The notes under the pieces are model-generated. The model was not told where the DNA came from and did not search any database. It worked only from the letters and a program-made list of their open reading frames with translations. Shown one piece after another: positions 31,336 to 39,701 of a stretch of 39,701 nucleotides of DNA. The stretch comes from an uncultured Candidatus Saccharibacteria bacterium (GTDB lineage: Bacteria; Patescibacteriota; Minisyncoccia; Phycocordibacterales; CAIZLB01), in the NCBI GenBank assembly GCA_964532765.1, contig CAZHNC010000001.1:1-39701 (forward strand), read 5' to 3'. The position numbers and the translations under genes were made by a program. Positions within the stretch are counted from its first letter, which is position 1, and each line of letters opens with the position of its first letter.

Positions 31336-31814
31336 GAAATGAGAAAATACTTTTATCTATAGACCCTGGTAATGAATTTTCTGCATATTGTTTAATTGAT
31401 ATGAATACATATAAACCAATAAAATTTGGAAAAGTTACTAATCAAGAATTAAAAGATTATTTACAAAGCGAAGAATTTTCAGATATTTTCTCAAATAATT
31501 ATATGTATTTTTCAATAGAAATGATTGCATCTTATGGAATGGCTGTAGGACAAACTGTATTTGAAACTTGTGTATGGATAGGTAGATTTATTGAAATAAT
31601 GTGTTGCACACATAAATTTATATACAGAAAAGATGTTAAAATAAATTTATGTGGCACTATGAAAGCAAAAGATACAAATATAAGACAAGCTTTAATTGAT
31701 AGGTTTGGAGAAGTTGGAACTAAAAAAAATCAAGGTTTCTTTTATGGATTTAAAGCTGATATATGGAGTGCATATGCTGTTGGAGTAACTTTTATAGATA
31801 CTTGTAAACACTAG
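31332..31814 (+). CDS. RuvC-like Holliday junction resolvase
   Basis: ILLSIDPGNEFSAYCLID, SIEMIASYG and ADIWSAYAVG match the acidic-residue motifs of phage RuvC-fold resolvases. Trimmed to the ATG at 31332. Confidence 0.65.
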   Translation: MRNEKILLSIDPGNEFSAYCLIDMNTYKPIKFGKVTNQELKDYLQSEEFSDIFSNNYMYFSIEMIASYGMAVGQTVFETCVWIGRFIEIMCCTHKFIYRKDVKINLCGTMKAKDTNIRQALIDRFGEVGTKKNQGFFYGFKADIWSAYAVGVTFIDTCKH

Positions 31815-31840
31815 AATAGAAATAATAGTGTAGGAAATAT

Positions 31841-31866
31841 AAAAGGGCAATTAAGCCCTTTTTAAA
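31841..31866. terminator. Bidirectional terminator between convergent operons
   Basis: AAAGGGC (31842..31848) pairs with GCCCTTT (31855..31861), with T/A runs on both sides. Confidence 0.65.
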
Positions 31867-32245
31867 TTTTTAATAATTCAATTCTAAGTTTTTTAGCATT
31901 TTCTTCTAATTCTATTAGTTTATTTCTATCAAAATCAGTACCTATTCCTATATTTATATTTCTATTAGGTCTTATAGATTGCAAATCAATTTTATCTAAT
32001 TCATTTAAAATTTGTTGTTTTTTATTTTCTTTTTCATATATCATTTTTTGTTCTTCTAAAATTTTGTTTTCTATTTCTGACCATTCTTGAATAGTTTTAA
32101 TTTCCCAATTTTCACCATTCCATTTAGCTCTTTCTAGTTTTTTATCGAATATAGGCTCTTTAGTATCTATAGAACCTTCAAAGTTGTTGTAAGTAGGTTC
32201 AATAAAGAATCCTTGGCTATCAGTTTGCATATATAATTTACTCAT
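31862..32245 (-). CDS. Hypothetical protein (127 aa), possible tail fibre assembly/chaperone by position
   Basis: Lies directly downstream of the tail fibre gene. Coiled-coil C-terminus. Call by position only. Confidence 0.3.
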   Translation of the reverse strand: MSKLYMQTDSQGFFIEPTYNNFEGSIDTKEPIFDKKLERAKWNGENWEIKTIQEWSEIENKILEEQKMIYEKENKKQQILNELDKIDLQSIRPNRNINIGIGTDFDRNKLIELEENAKKLRIELLKI

Positions 32246-32261
32246 AATTTCCTCCTTTTTT

Positions 32262-33107
32262 TTATTTATACCAACGACCTAATATAGTTGCTTGCACTCT
32301 ATTTGCTAAAGTGCTTTGAGAAATAAATCTAGCATTTAAATCAGAAGCTCCACCGTATGTATAATAATTGTAGTCGTTTAGTGCCGAAGGCTCTATAGAT
32401 ATTGTAGGTTGTGTTTTTTCGATTGGAACTATAAATCCAGTCCCTAGACATAATATAAGTTTAACAGTATTTGCAGTATAACCACTAGAACTCATCCCAG
32501 TAGAAATAAAAGTTCCATCATATCTCATAACAAAACTATTCCATTCATCTGTGTAACCAGTACATTTACCACCTATAATATCCCATCTAGTTGCACTAAC
32601 TTTTTTAATTCTCCAAAAATCGCTATCAGTATTTAGATATATTTGAGTTAATAAACTAGTAGTAAATTTTTCGTTTGTATCAGATAATGTTATATTAACT
32701 TGCCCTGTTGTACCAGTCTTTCTAATTTCATATATATATCCAATTGGTTTTGATGCAGGGATAACTACTGGTGCTCCTCCATTGTTTCCTACTACATTTA
32801 TAATAGTTCCTATAACTTCTTGCACAAAAGCTGATGTAGCTATACTAGTATCGTTATCTCCAAAAGTAGGAGTAGGAGCTTGTGGATTTCCTGTAAATGC
32901 AGGACTATCTAAATTAGCTTTATTATTTTCTAAAGTAGTTACCCTTGCTTTAACTCCTGTAATTGGTGTATCTAAATCACCGATAATATTATTTATATTT
33001 TCCTCATGACTTTCTAAAATACTCGGCAATTTTTCTTTAAAAGCCGTTTCCCCTGTTTTCCCATTCAAAGGGTCTTTGAAATAATTAATATCTGCTGTAT
33101 TATTCAT
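32262..33107 (-). CDS. Tail fibre / receptor-binding protein
   Basis: LDSPAFTGNPQAPTPTFGDNDTSIATSAFVQ is the conserved phage tail-fibre motif (SP.FTG.P.APT....D.S..iAT..FV). Confidence 0.75.
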   Translation of the reverse strand: MNNTADINYFKDPLNGKTGETAFKEKLPSILESHEENINNIIGDLDTPITGVKARVTTLENNKANLDSPAFTGNPQAPTPTFGDNDTSIATSAFVQEVIGTIINVVGNNGGAPVVIPASKPIGYIYEIRKTGTTGQVNITLSDTNEKFTTSLLTQIYLNTDSDFWRIKKVSATRWDIIGGKCTGYTDEWNSFVMRYDGTFISTGMSSSGYTANTVKLILCLGTGFIVPIEKTQPTISIEPSALNDYNYYTYGGASDLNARFISQSTLANRVQATILGRWYK

Positions 33108-33108
33108 T

Positions 33109-33702
33109 TTAACCTCCTATTATTTCTTGTATTTGCAATTCTTTAAAATACTTTTTAGCATACTCTCTTTTCTTTTCTAAATGCTCTTTTAAGAATCCAG
33201 TTATATAATCCTTTCCAAATCCTTGAATAGATTTTGTGATTATGTCTGCTACTGTGTTTATATCTCTAATTTCATTTAAACTAGGATATTTACTTAAAGC
33301 AGTCTTTTTTATGTATTCTATAGCTATTAAAACTGCTATATCTTCTCTTAAAGCTAAATCAGGGTTATTTACTAAGTCTAGTTTTAAAACTTCACTATAA
33401 GCTTTATAATTAACTATACCAGTTATTTGAATATAACCCCTTCCTCTGTATCTATAACCACCAAGCTCTTTGTATACTAAATCCCCTAATTTAGAAGGAT
33501 TTTTAGTATAAGTTTCAATTTCTGCCAAACTCATATTTTTAAATTTACTTGGAAAAGTTCTCATAAGAGTTTCAGCTTTAGTGTAGTACATATTTTCAGC
33601 TTGTAGCTTGAAACCACACTCTACCTTTATATTTCCCAAAACTCCACAAATTACTTCGTTTGAAAATCCATAATTTTTCATTGTGTCAATTAATTTCTGC
33701 AT
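33109..33702 (-). CDS. Endolysin, glycoside hydrolase family 19 type
   Basis: GNIKVECGF plus YRGRGYIQITGIVNYKAY match the GH19 signature ([FHY]GRG.xQ[IL][ST]...NY). No cell-wall-binding domain. Confidence 0.85.
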   Translation of the reverse strand: MQKLIDTMKNYGFSNEVICGVLGNIKVECGFKLQAENMYYTKAETLMRTFPSKFKNMSLAEIETYTKNPSKLGDLVYKELGGYRYRGRGYIQITGIVNYKAYSEVLKLDLVNNPDLALREDIAVLIAIEYIKKTALSKYPSLNEIRDINTVADIITKSIQGFGKDYITGFLKEHLEKKREYAKKYFKELQIQEIIGG

Positions 33703-33756
33703 CCTAACCTCCGTTACTTGCTCGGTTGCTATCCGAGGAGAGTTTATTTTATTTGT

Positions 33757-36700
33757 TTATAAATTAAATCCTGCGTTCGCTGTATCAGCTCCAACAACAG
33801 GTATTAGATATGTGTTATCTGACCCGTTGAGTGAAGAAAAACAATTATTATATTTTTCATTACAATTTATAGTTGAATTTTTATAAAGCCCAAAAGATAA
33901 ACTGAATCCTACTCTAGCATTTTTTACTATACATTCAGTAGCCTTTCCTGTAGTATAAAAACCAAATGTAGTTGCTGTAGATGGTGTAGTATTTACAAAT
34001 TCTACTATAGAATTTTTAACTTTATTTGCTTGTATTCCTGTACATGCTGTAGAATTTTGAAAATCATATAAAATACATTTTATACTATCAAAAGTTATTC
34101 TAGCACTATTTATAGCATCTGCAAAATATTCTCTTATACAAGTTGTATCTGTGTTGCTATTATCTGAAAAATAAGCTATTATTTTTAAATTTGAAACTGT
34201 CCTCAAATCTCCTAAATCTGCATCTCTATTTTCAAAACCTCTAAGACAATTAAATAATCTAAAAGTTGTATCGCTTCCTATTCCTGTAATATTTTTAAAA
34301 TATTCTAATCTCAAAGAGCCTATTCTACCACCAACTCCTGAAATATAATCTCCTTGAAGTTTATAATAACCATTAGGAACAGAATTTAAATTTAAGTTTT
34401 TATTAGTATAAGTACCAAATTTTTCTTTCAATTTACTCTCTAGCCCAGTTTCTATAGAGTTCGGTTGTGTAGTAAAAACATCTTTTTTCCATAACACATA
34501 ATTTTCTTGTTTATTTCCTTTATCTGCATTTGGAACTATCTCTATAGTATCAATGTTATCTATTAAATACTGATTAGTATATCCTATTAAATCAAATCTA
34601 TTGAAATACTCTACTTCATCATTTCCAGGGAATAACCTAATGTACCAAGTCCTATTTTGTATAGGATTATCAATTAAATAAACACCACAATCCACATCAA
34701 CATAAGCCCATTTACCTTTTACTTGTTCTTTTCCTGTTCCTCTAACTCTAATATTATATAATACTTGCTCTTTTAATACAAGTTTCATAGAATTTTCAGT
34801 TAGTGTTATAGTTTCGGCATTAGTCCAATCTTCTGTTGACTTCTTATATTGTACTTCATAGCTCGTTACATTCATTCCTATGAGTTTATTCCAACTTACC
34901 CTAGAGTAAACTACATAGTTTTGTAAATCGTCTATAGAAGGGTCTGAAGCTGTTAAATTAGTTACTGGAGGAAATACGTCAGCAGTATTAATTTTTGTAG
35001 TATCTGTGATGGTATTTTGTCCTCTTTCTACTTTCATTTCATAATATTTCCATTTTCCTAAGTGCATAATTTCAGATACTGTAAACTCTGTAAATTGTGG
35101 TCCCTCATTGATTGATTGTACAAATAAATTTTGTCCTAACAAATTAAATCTTGAACTATTTATTTTTACAACATCAAAGTTTTTTAGGAAAGGAAAATAT
35201 CTTGAGTAAACTTTAAATTTATAAGTTGCGTAAATATCTAAGTATTGATTTAGCAATAAGTTGCCAAAATTTGTAGCTTCAACATCCGTATCAATTTCGC
35301 TTGTACTGTCTAAGTCATAATAAGCTCTTTTAAGTCCATACTTTAAAGAATAAGTACCCATCATAAATAGATTAAAAGTACCACTTTCACTGAAAGCTAG
35401 ATTAACTCTATAAGTCGAGCTGTTTATAACTTCTACAACTTGCCTATACTCGTTATTAACTCTTATCGTGTTTGTACCTTCATCAATACTCAATAACTCG
35501 TCTGTGATTATTATATTGCGTTCTGTAGGAATTGTAACTTGATATATTGACATATCAAAGTCGTCAATTATTTTTCTTTCAACTTCGTTTGTTTCTGCTG
35601 AATAGTAGCCTATTTCATAACTATTAATTAATAAAGTTCCTGTGCTGTCAAATTGGACATTATCTTCTATATCTGCTTCAAATATCTCGAATTTTGCTAT
35701 GCTATTATTTTGAGGTATTTCTTGAAGTATCAACTCAAATCCGTTTGTACCTTGCTTAGTGCTTCTATCAATGTTGAAATATGTTTCAGTATCTTTTGTG
35801 TAGACAAAATGTAAACACATTCCACGTTTAGCAACTATATTTTGTAAGAAGCTCCAAAGGTTATCCATTTGCATTTCGCTAACTTTTGGTATAATTGCAA
35901 AATTACTAAAATCTTTTACAAACAAACTGTAGTTTAAACCTAGGTCATCAATGCAGTTTTGTATAAATTGTTCCAAAAATAAACTAGGTACATATTTTTT
36001 ATAAATAGAATAGTTTCCATTTTCAATTACTGTTACTGTAGCTGTTGTATTACTTGTTATTTCTATAGTAGTTTCGTAAAAGTTTTGGTCGTCATATAAA
36101 TAAACAGTTTCATTATTAATGAATTTTTCTTTTAAGTTGTTAAAAGTTACACTTAAAACATCACTTGAAACTATAGCCTTTGTGATTGCTTCCTCTTTTG
36201 TAAAAATAACTTCTCCAACTTTTTCTGTAAAATAATTACGGAAATCTTTAGGATTTATTTTCTTTTCTTGAAAATCATAAGACAAATCTTTACAGTTAAA
36301 TTTGCAAGTTTTAATATCACTTGTAACATTTCCATTTACTTTACCTACAAATTTTAACTCACTATCTACTAATGAAATTATTTTTCCAGTTATAAATACT
36401 TTTTCATCTGCTGCAATATTTCTATCAAAAGTAATTGTAGTGGAATTTGAAGTCGTTGTAAATCCTGTTATTTGTGCAGTTTCTACTACCTTAAACTTTT
36501 CAACTAATAAAGGCATTGAATAAATTTGTTCAAGAGTTAAACTGTATAAATATTCTAAACTTTCTATATATAAACCAGTTCTTTTTATAGCAGTTGCTAT
36601 TGTCAATAAAAAAACATCGTCAAGTTTTTTATTTAAAACTATTTGATTTGTACCATTTCCAATACTTTCAAAATATTCAAAATTAATATCTTTTATACTT

Positions 36701-37278
36701 TGCTCCCATACAAAAGTGTTTTTTTCTTGTATTAAAGGGCTGTAAGTAAGTTTTAAATCGTAATATAAATCGTCTAAACTTTGATTATAAATATCTTCTA
36801 GTGTTAATCCGTATATATCTTCTAAACTTTTTAAAGAATTGTAATCAAACAAATGATTAATAGGGTTTTTCTCATCAATATCTATATAAGTAACCCAAAT
36901 TTCAAGAGTTTGTCCTATTGGCAAGTTGTGAGATAACTCTATTTTACCTTTTATGTAAGTGCATCCATAATTCATATTAGGTGTAACAACTGATATTGTA
37001 TTAGTTTTTGGAGAATTATAGGTACTAGTTCCATTCCCTACTAAAGTTAAACTAATGTCATATTTTACTTTGTTAGCTTTGAAGTGTGGACTGTATAGCC
37101 TATTATTGCTATTTTGTAGACTAATTGACATAGTTCTGATTGGACTATCTGTGTATCCATCCCCTAGATTAAGTACAGAGCCTCCTTCGAGGTCTGCACT
37201 TATTATGTCATTTGTTAAGTCTACAATTTCTGTTTTGTCAGACTTGTACATATAATATTTATTTTCTGCTATTCTCAT
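33757..37278 (-). CDS. Tail tip / host-specificity protein (1173 aa) with an FN3-like domain
   Basis: Largest tail ORF after the tape-measure gene. The segment VTNLTASDP...YEVQYKKSTEDWTNAE...YNIRVRGTG looks like a fibronectin type III domain. Confidence 0.65.
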   Translation of the reverse strand: MRIAENKYYMYKSDKTEIVDLTNDIISADLEGGSVLNLGDGYTDSPIRTMSISLQNSNNRLYSPHFKANKVKYDISLTLVGNGTSTYNSPKTNTISVVTPNMNYGCTYIKGKIELSHNLPIGQTLEIWVTYIDIDEKNPINHLFDYNSLKSLEDIYGLTLEDIYNQSLDDLYYDLKLTYSPLIQEKNTFVWEQSIKDINFEYFESIGNGTNQIVLNKKLDDVFLLTIATAIKRTGLYIESLEYLYSLTLEQIYSMPLLVEKFKVVETAQITGFTTTSNSTTITFDRNIAADEKVFITGKIISLVDSELKFVGKVNGNVTSDIKTCKFNCKDLSYDFQEKKINPKDFRNYFTEKVGEVIFTKEEAITKAIVSSDVLSVTFNNLKEKFINNETVYLYDDQNFYETTIEITSNTTATVTVIENGNYSIYKKYVPSLFLEQFIQNCIDDLGLNYSLFVKDFSNFAIIPKVSEMQMDNLWSFLQNIVAKRGMCLHFVYTKDTETYFNIDRSTKQGTNGFELILQEIPQNNSIAKFEIFEADIEDNVQFDSTGTLLINSYEIGYYSAETNEVERKIIDDFDMSIYQVTIPTERNIIITDELLSIDEGTNTIRVNNEYRQVVEVINSSTYRVNLAFSESGTFNLFMMGTYSLKYGLKRAYYDLDSTSEIDTDVEATNFGNLLLNQYLDIYATYKFKVYSRYFPFLKNFDVVKINSSRFNLLGQNLFVQSINEGPQFTEFTVSEIMHLGKWKYYEMKVERGQNTITDTTKINTADVFPPVTNLTASDPSIDDLQNYVVYSRVSWNKLIGMNVTSYEVQYKKSTEDWTNAETITLTENSMKLVLKEQVLYNIRVRGTGKEQVKGKWAYVDVDCGVYLIDNPIQNRTWYIRLFPGNDEVEYFNRFDLIGYTNQYLIDNIDTIEIVPNADKGNKQENYVLWKKDVFTTQPNSIETGLESKLKEKFGTYTNKNLNLNSVPNGYYKLQGDYISGVGGRIGSLRLEYFKNITGIGSDTTFRLFNCLRGFENRDADLGDLRTVSNLKIIAYFSDNSNTDTTCIREYFADAINSARITFDSIKCILYDFQNSTACTGIQANKVKNSIVEFVNTTPSTATTFGFYTTGKATECIVKNARVGFSLSFGLYKNSTINCNEKYNNCFSSLNGSDNTYLIPVVGADTANAGFNL

Positions 37279-37652
37279 ACTACATCAACCCTTTGACAAG
37301 TTATTGAAAAGCTTCTGCCGTCTGATTGCCATTGTCCGTTTTTCCAAAATCTAGCAGTTTGAGTATCCATGGATAACTTTGCAAAAAACTTTTCTCCACT
37401 TTCTGTATCTTTAACTCCACAAGTATAATCTCCTGTTATTTTTCCATTGATATTTGTACCTTGTGTGTTTGTTTGAGTGTTATTCCTAAACTCGATAAAC
37501 CTAGCTATACGTTGCCAAATGTCTTTTGACTGTAAGTTAAAATTATATGTAGCTTGTCTATTCAAGTCAAATACTTCGCTTATATCACGAATTGGTGGAG
37601 TTGTAACAACTGGTATCGACCAATTATCGTCATTGTATAGTATAAGTGCCAT
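37275..37652 (-). CDS. Minor tail protein (distal tail position, 125 aa)
   Basis: Immediately follows the tape-measure gene (TAATG junction) and overlaps the tail tip gene (ATGA). Confidence 0.4.
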   Translation of the reverse strand: MALILYNDDNWSIPVVTTPPIRDISEVFDLNRQATYNFNLQSKDIWQRIARFIEFRNNTQTNTQGTNINGKITGDYTCGVKDTESGEKFFAKLSMDTQTARFWKNGQWQSDGRSFSITCQRVDVV

Positions 37653-39701
37653 TAGTAAGACCTCCTTGCGTTTCCTGTTTGATTAAATCTACTTTGATTT
37701 TGACTAGTTGCCACCATTTCGCTAAAATCTTTTGAGTAGTTGTTCTCAATTCTATATATAGTTTGATAAGTTTGGCCGTAACTTGCATTACTAGATTGAA
37801 ACTCTGCACTAGCTACTTTTAATCCAGTAGGTAAATTTTTTGTTGAAACTTGGTTTAGTTGTTCAGTTGCTGAACTTGCTGCAAGTCCTAATCGTTCTAA
37901 AATTTCTTGTAATTTTTCGCTAGAGGCTCCATAAATTTCGGTATAAGCTGCCAACATTTCTTCAAAACTCATACCTTTAAAATCTATTCCTAAATTAATT
38001 CCTTCAGTTGTTAATTCGTTTAGCAAAGCTTCAGATATTGCACCACTAAAGTTTTTATTAAGAGCTTCAAAGGCTTGTTGGCTAAAGAAAGCTTCTATCA
38101 AACCATTTTTAAACATATCTGTAACACTTTCAGATATACTTCCACCACTTTTAAATACATCTACCATGTTAGAAATAAAGTCTTGACTAGATAGACTTAA
38201 AGCTTCTGCAAACCCATCAATATTTGTCTGCCATGCTTCAGCAATCAATTTATTTATTTCTGCCATAGCTCCAGTTACATCATAACCACTTATATATGAC
38301 TTTTCTTTACCCCAGTCTGACAAATCTCTGTAAGTTTCTCTTTTTGCGTATTTACCAAAGATTGCGTCAACATCAATACCACTATAACCACCACCAGCAA
38401 GAGCTTTTTTAATCGCTGTAGTGTCGACTGTTGCGTTTTTAGAACCCCAAGAAACACTACCACCACCAAGTATACCACTTATTATGTCGAAAGGTGCAGT
38501 TAATAGACCTTGATTAAGTCCACCACCTCCAACACCACCAGCCATTAGATCACTTGGTTTTGTTAATTGTGCGAAAGATATCTTTTGTCCTAAAGTAAAA
38601 TCTTCAACTGACTTTTTGAAACTTTCAACAGCTTCTTGGAATTTAGTATTAGCTTCATTTTGCTTTTCTTCCATGTCACTATCATTTAAAAAACTATCTA
38701 ATTGATTAACTAAAGCTAAACCACTTGAAATACTCCCTAAAACATTTCCACTCATTAAGCTTGTAGCTAGGTTTCCACCAGCACCAATTAAACTTGCCAT
38801 AGCTCCTAGAAGGTCATCTTCAAATAATGTTGCTAACTCTCCAGCTATTTTAGAAGTTTCAGAAAATGCATCGCCAACTTTAGCTATTTTTTTTCTGTTT
38901 TCTTCTTGAATCCTTTGAGCTTCTTCGTTTGTTTTTTTAATGTTTTCTAATTCTTTGTTATTTTTTTCTTCCTGTAGTTTTATTTCTTTTTCTTTAGCTT
39001 CGTTTTCTTTATCTTGTTTTTTCTTTAGATTGTCCTCAAACTTTTGTTGTTGTCTTTTTTCAAAGTTATCGTAATCTTGCATAGCCTTTTCAAATCCAGC
39101 TTCTAATACTACATTAGTTTCTAAATCTGTAACAGTTGTTCCACCTGTACCAGTTGAGCTACTTCCTCCTGTACCTGTGCCTTTATTATTGTTTATATCG
39201 TTTACCCATTCATTATCTGTGAAAACTTTAAAATCTCCACTTTTACGCAAATCATTTAATAAAGTATCTTGATTTCCTGTATCTAGTCCTAAAGTTCCAA
39301 AAGTCATATTATAAGTTTTACTTGCTGCCGTTCCAGCTTCTTTATAACTTCCGCCTTTTTCAAGTATACTTCTAGCCGTTCCAAGTGCTGCAGTAACTGA
39401 AATTTGTTTTTTAACTTCTATACTCATTCCTTTTGTAAACTTTACATAAAAACTTAAAGTATCAAATAAATCTTGTCCTATTTCTGATTTTGTCTGTCTA
39501 CTAGAATTTATTAATTCTTTAAAACTTCCTTTAATTCCATCTGTAATATTTTCAATACTAGTTGCAGTTGTTTCTAAAGGTTTTTCTATTCCTAAAGCCC
39601 AATTTCCAACTTTTTCAAATATTCCACTAAACTGTTCAAAACCATTGGCTATATTAGTTAATGATTCTCCAAAAGTATCTACGTAACCTAGTGTTACAAA
39701 C
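37652..39701 (-). CDS. Tail tape measure protein, C-terminal part (continuation of 1..914)
   Basis: The frame of the tracked ORF 37652..39427 stays open upstream to 39701 (...FVTLGYVDTFGESLTNIANGF...KGMSIEVKKQ). Contains a coiled-coil K/E-rich centre and Gly-rich tracts. Confidence 0.9.
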   Translation of the reverse strand, partial: FVTLGYVDTFGESLTNIANGFEQFSGIFEKVGNWALGIEKPLETTATSIENITDGIKGSFKELINSSRQTKSEIGQDLFDTLSFYVKFTKGMSIEVKKQISVTAALGTARSILEKGGSYKEAGTAASKTYNMTFGTLGLDTGNQDTLLNDLRKSGDFKVFTDNEWVNDINNNKGTGTGGSSSTGTGGTTVTDLETNVVLEAGFEKAMQDYDNFEKRQQQKFEDNLKKKQDKENEAKEKEIKLQEEKNNKELENIKKTNEEAQRIQEENRKKIAKVGDAFSETSKIAGELATLFEDDLLGAMASLIGAGGNLATSLMSGNVLGSISSGLALVNQLDSFLNDSDMEEKQNEANTKFQEAVESFKKSVEDFTLGQKISFAQLTKPSDLMAGGVGGGGLNQGLLTAPFDIISGILGGGSVSWGSKNATVDTTAIKKALAGGGYSGIDVDAIFGKYAKRETYRDLSDWGKEKSYISGYDVTGAMAEINKLIAEAWQTNIDGFAEALSLSSQDFISNMVDVFKSGGSISESVTDMFKNGLIEAFFSQQAFEALNKNFSGAISEALLNELTTEGINLGIDFKGMSFEEMLAAYTEIYGASSEKLQEILERLGLAASSATEQLNQVSTKNLPTGLKVASAEFQSSNASYGQTYQTIYRIENNYSKDFSEMVATSQNQSRFNQTGNARRSY

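Noticed and set aside
2890-38478. All other short ORFs antisense to long annotated genes (e.g. 2890..3174, 3962..4219, 6842..7060, 8046..8282, 8523..8759, 12087..12284, 14953..15153, 15458..15646, 16440..16622, 17051..17236, 17657..18040, 18251..18484, 21031..21240, 22970..23188, 23522..23713, 28518..28715, 28757..28993, 29351..29635, 32782..33009, 33683..33886, 36302..36523, 37055..37255, 37477..37686, 38290..38478)
   Set aside because: Each is wholly embedded in, or opposite to, a longer and better supported gene. They lack Shine-Dalgarno sequences and translate to hydrophobic low-complexity strings expected by chance in ~70% AT DNA.
1-39701. tRNA, rRNA, integrase, attP or transposable elements
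   Set aside because: Visual scanning found no GC-rich cloverleaf-like segments, no recombinase-like ORFs and no terminal inverted repeats. Absence is stated with the caveat that no search tool was run.

Overview
The window reads as one complete, circularly closed or circularly permuted ~39.7-kb genome of a very AT-rich siphovirus-type tailed phage. Most genes are on the minus strand. In transcription order they are: early/replication genes (27.8 to 18.8 kb), terS-terL-portal, a ~5.6-kb accessory island, head, neck and tail genes. The tape-measure gene runs off nt 1 and re-enters in frame at nt 39701, followed by tail tip, endolysin and tail fibre. A plus-strand early operon (27941..31814) diverges from a back-to-back promoter/operator region at 27828..27911. 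It encodes Erf, an SSB-like protein, a Gp157-like protein, a tubulin/FtsZ-like GTPase, a small outer-membrane beta-barrel candidate and a RuvC-like resolvase. A GH19-type endolysin and a signal-peptide protein ending in an OMP beta-signal suggest a low-GC Gram-negative (Fusobacterium-like) host; this is inference. Main points: (1) a 310-aa tubulin/FtsZ-superfamily protein in a 40-kb phage. (2) A self-contained AbrB-like + RepA_N-like + 4-iteron module, separate from the replisome-organizer module. (3) Temperate hallmarks but no recognisable integrase, so a phage-plasmid lifestyle is plausible. (4) Autonomous promoter/terminator-bounded cassettes inserted between portal and head-morphogenesis genes. 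(5) A 16-bp palindromic motif at four promoters, three of which head morphogenesis units. (6) A canonical -1 frameshift in the tail chaperone gene. (7) A PAPS-reductase-like plus short C5-methyltransferase-like pair. All family calls come from motif recognition by eye, not database searches. Coordinates of small ORFs, promoters and terminators were derived by hand.
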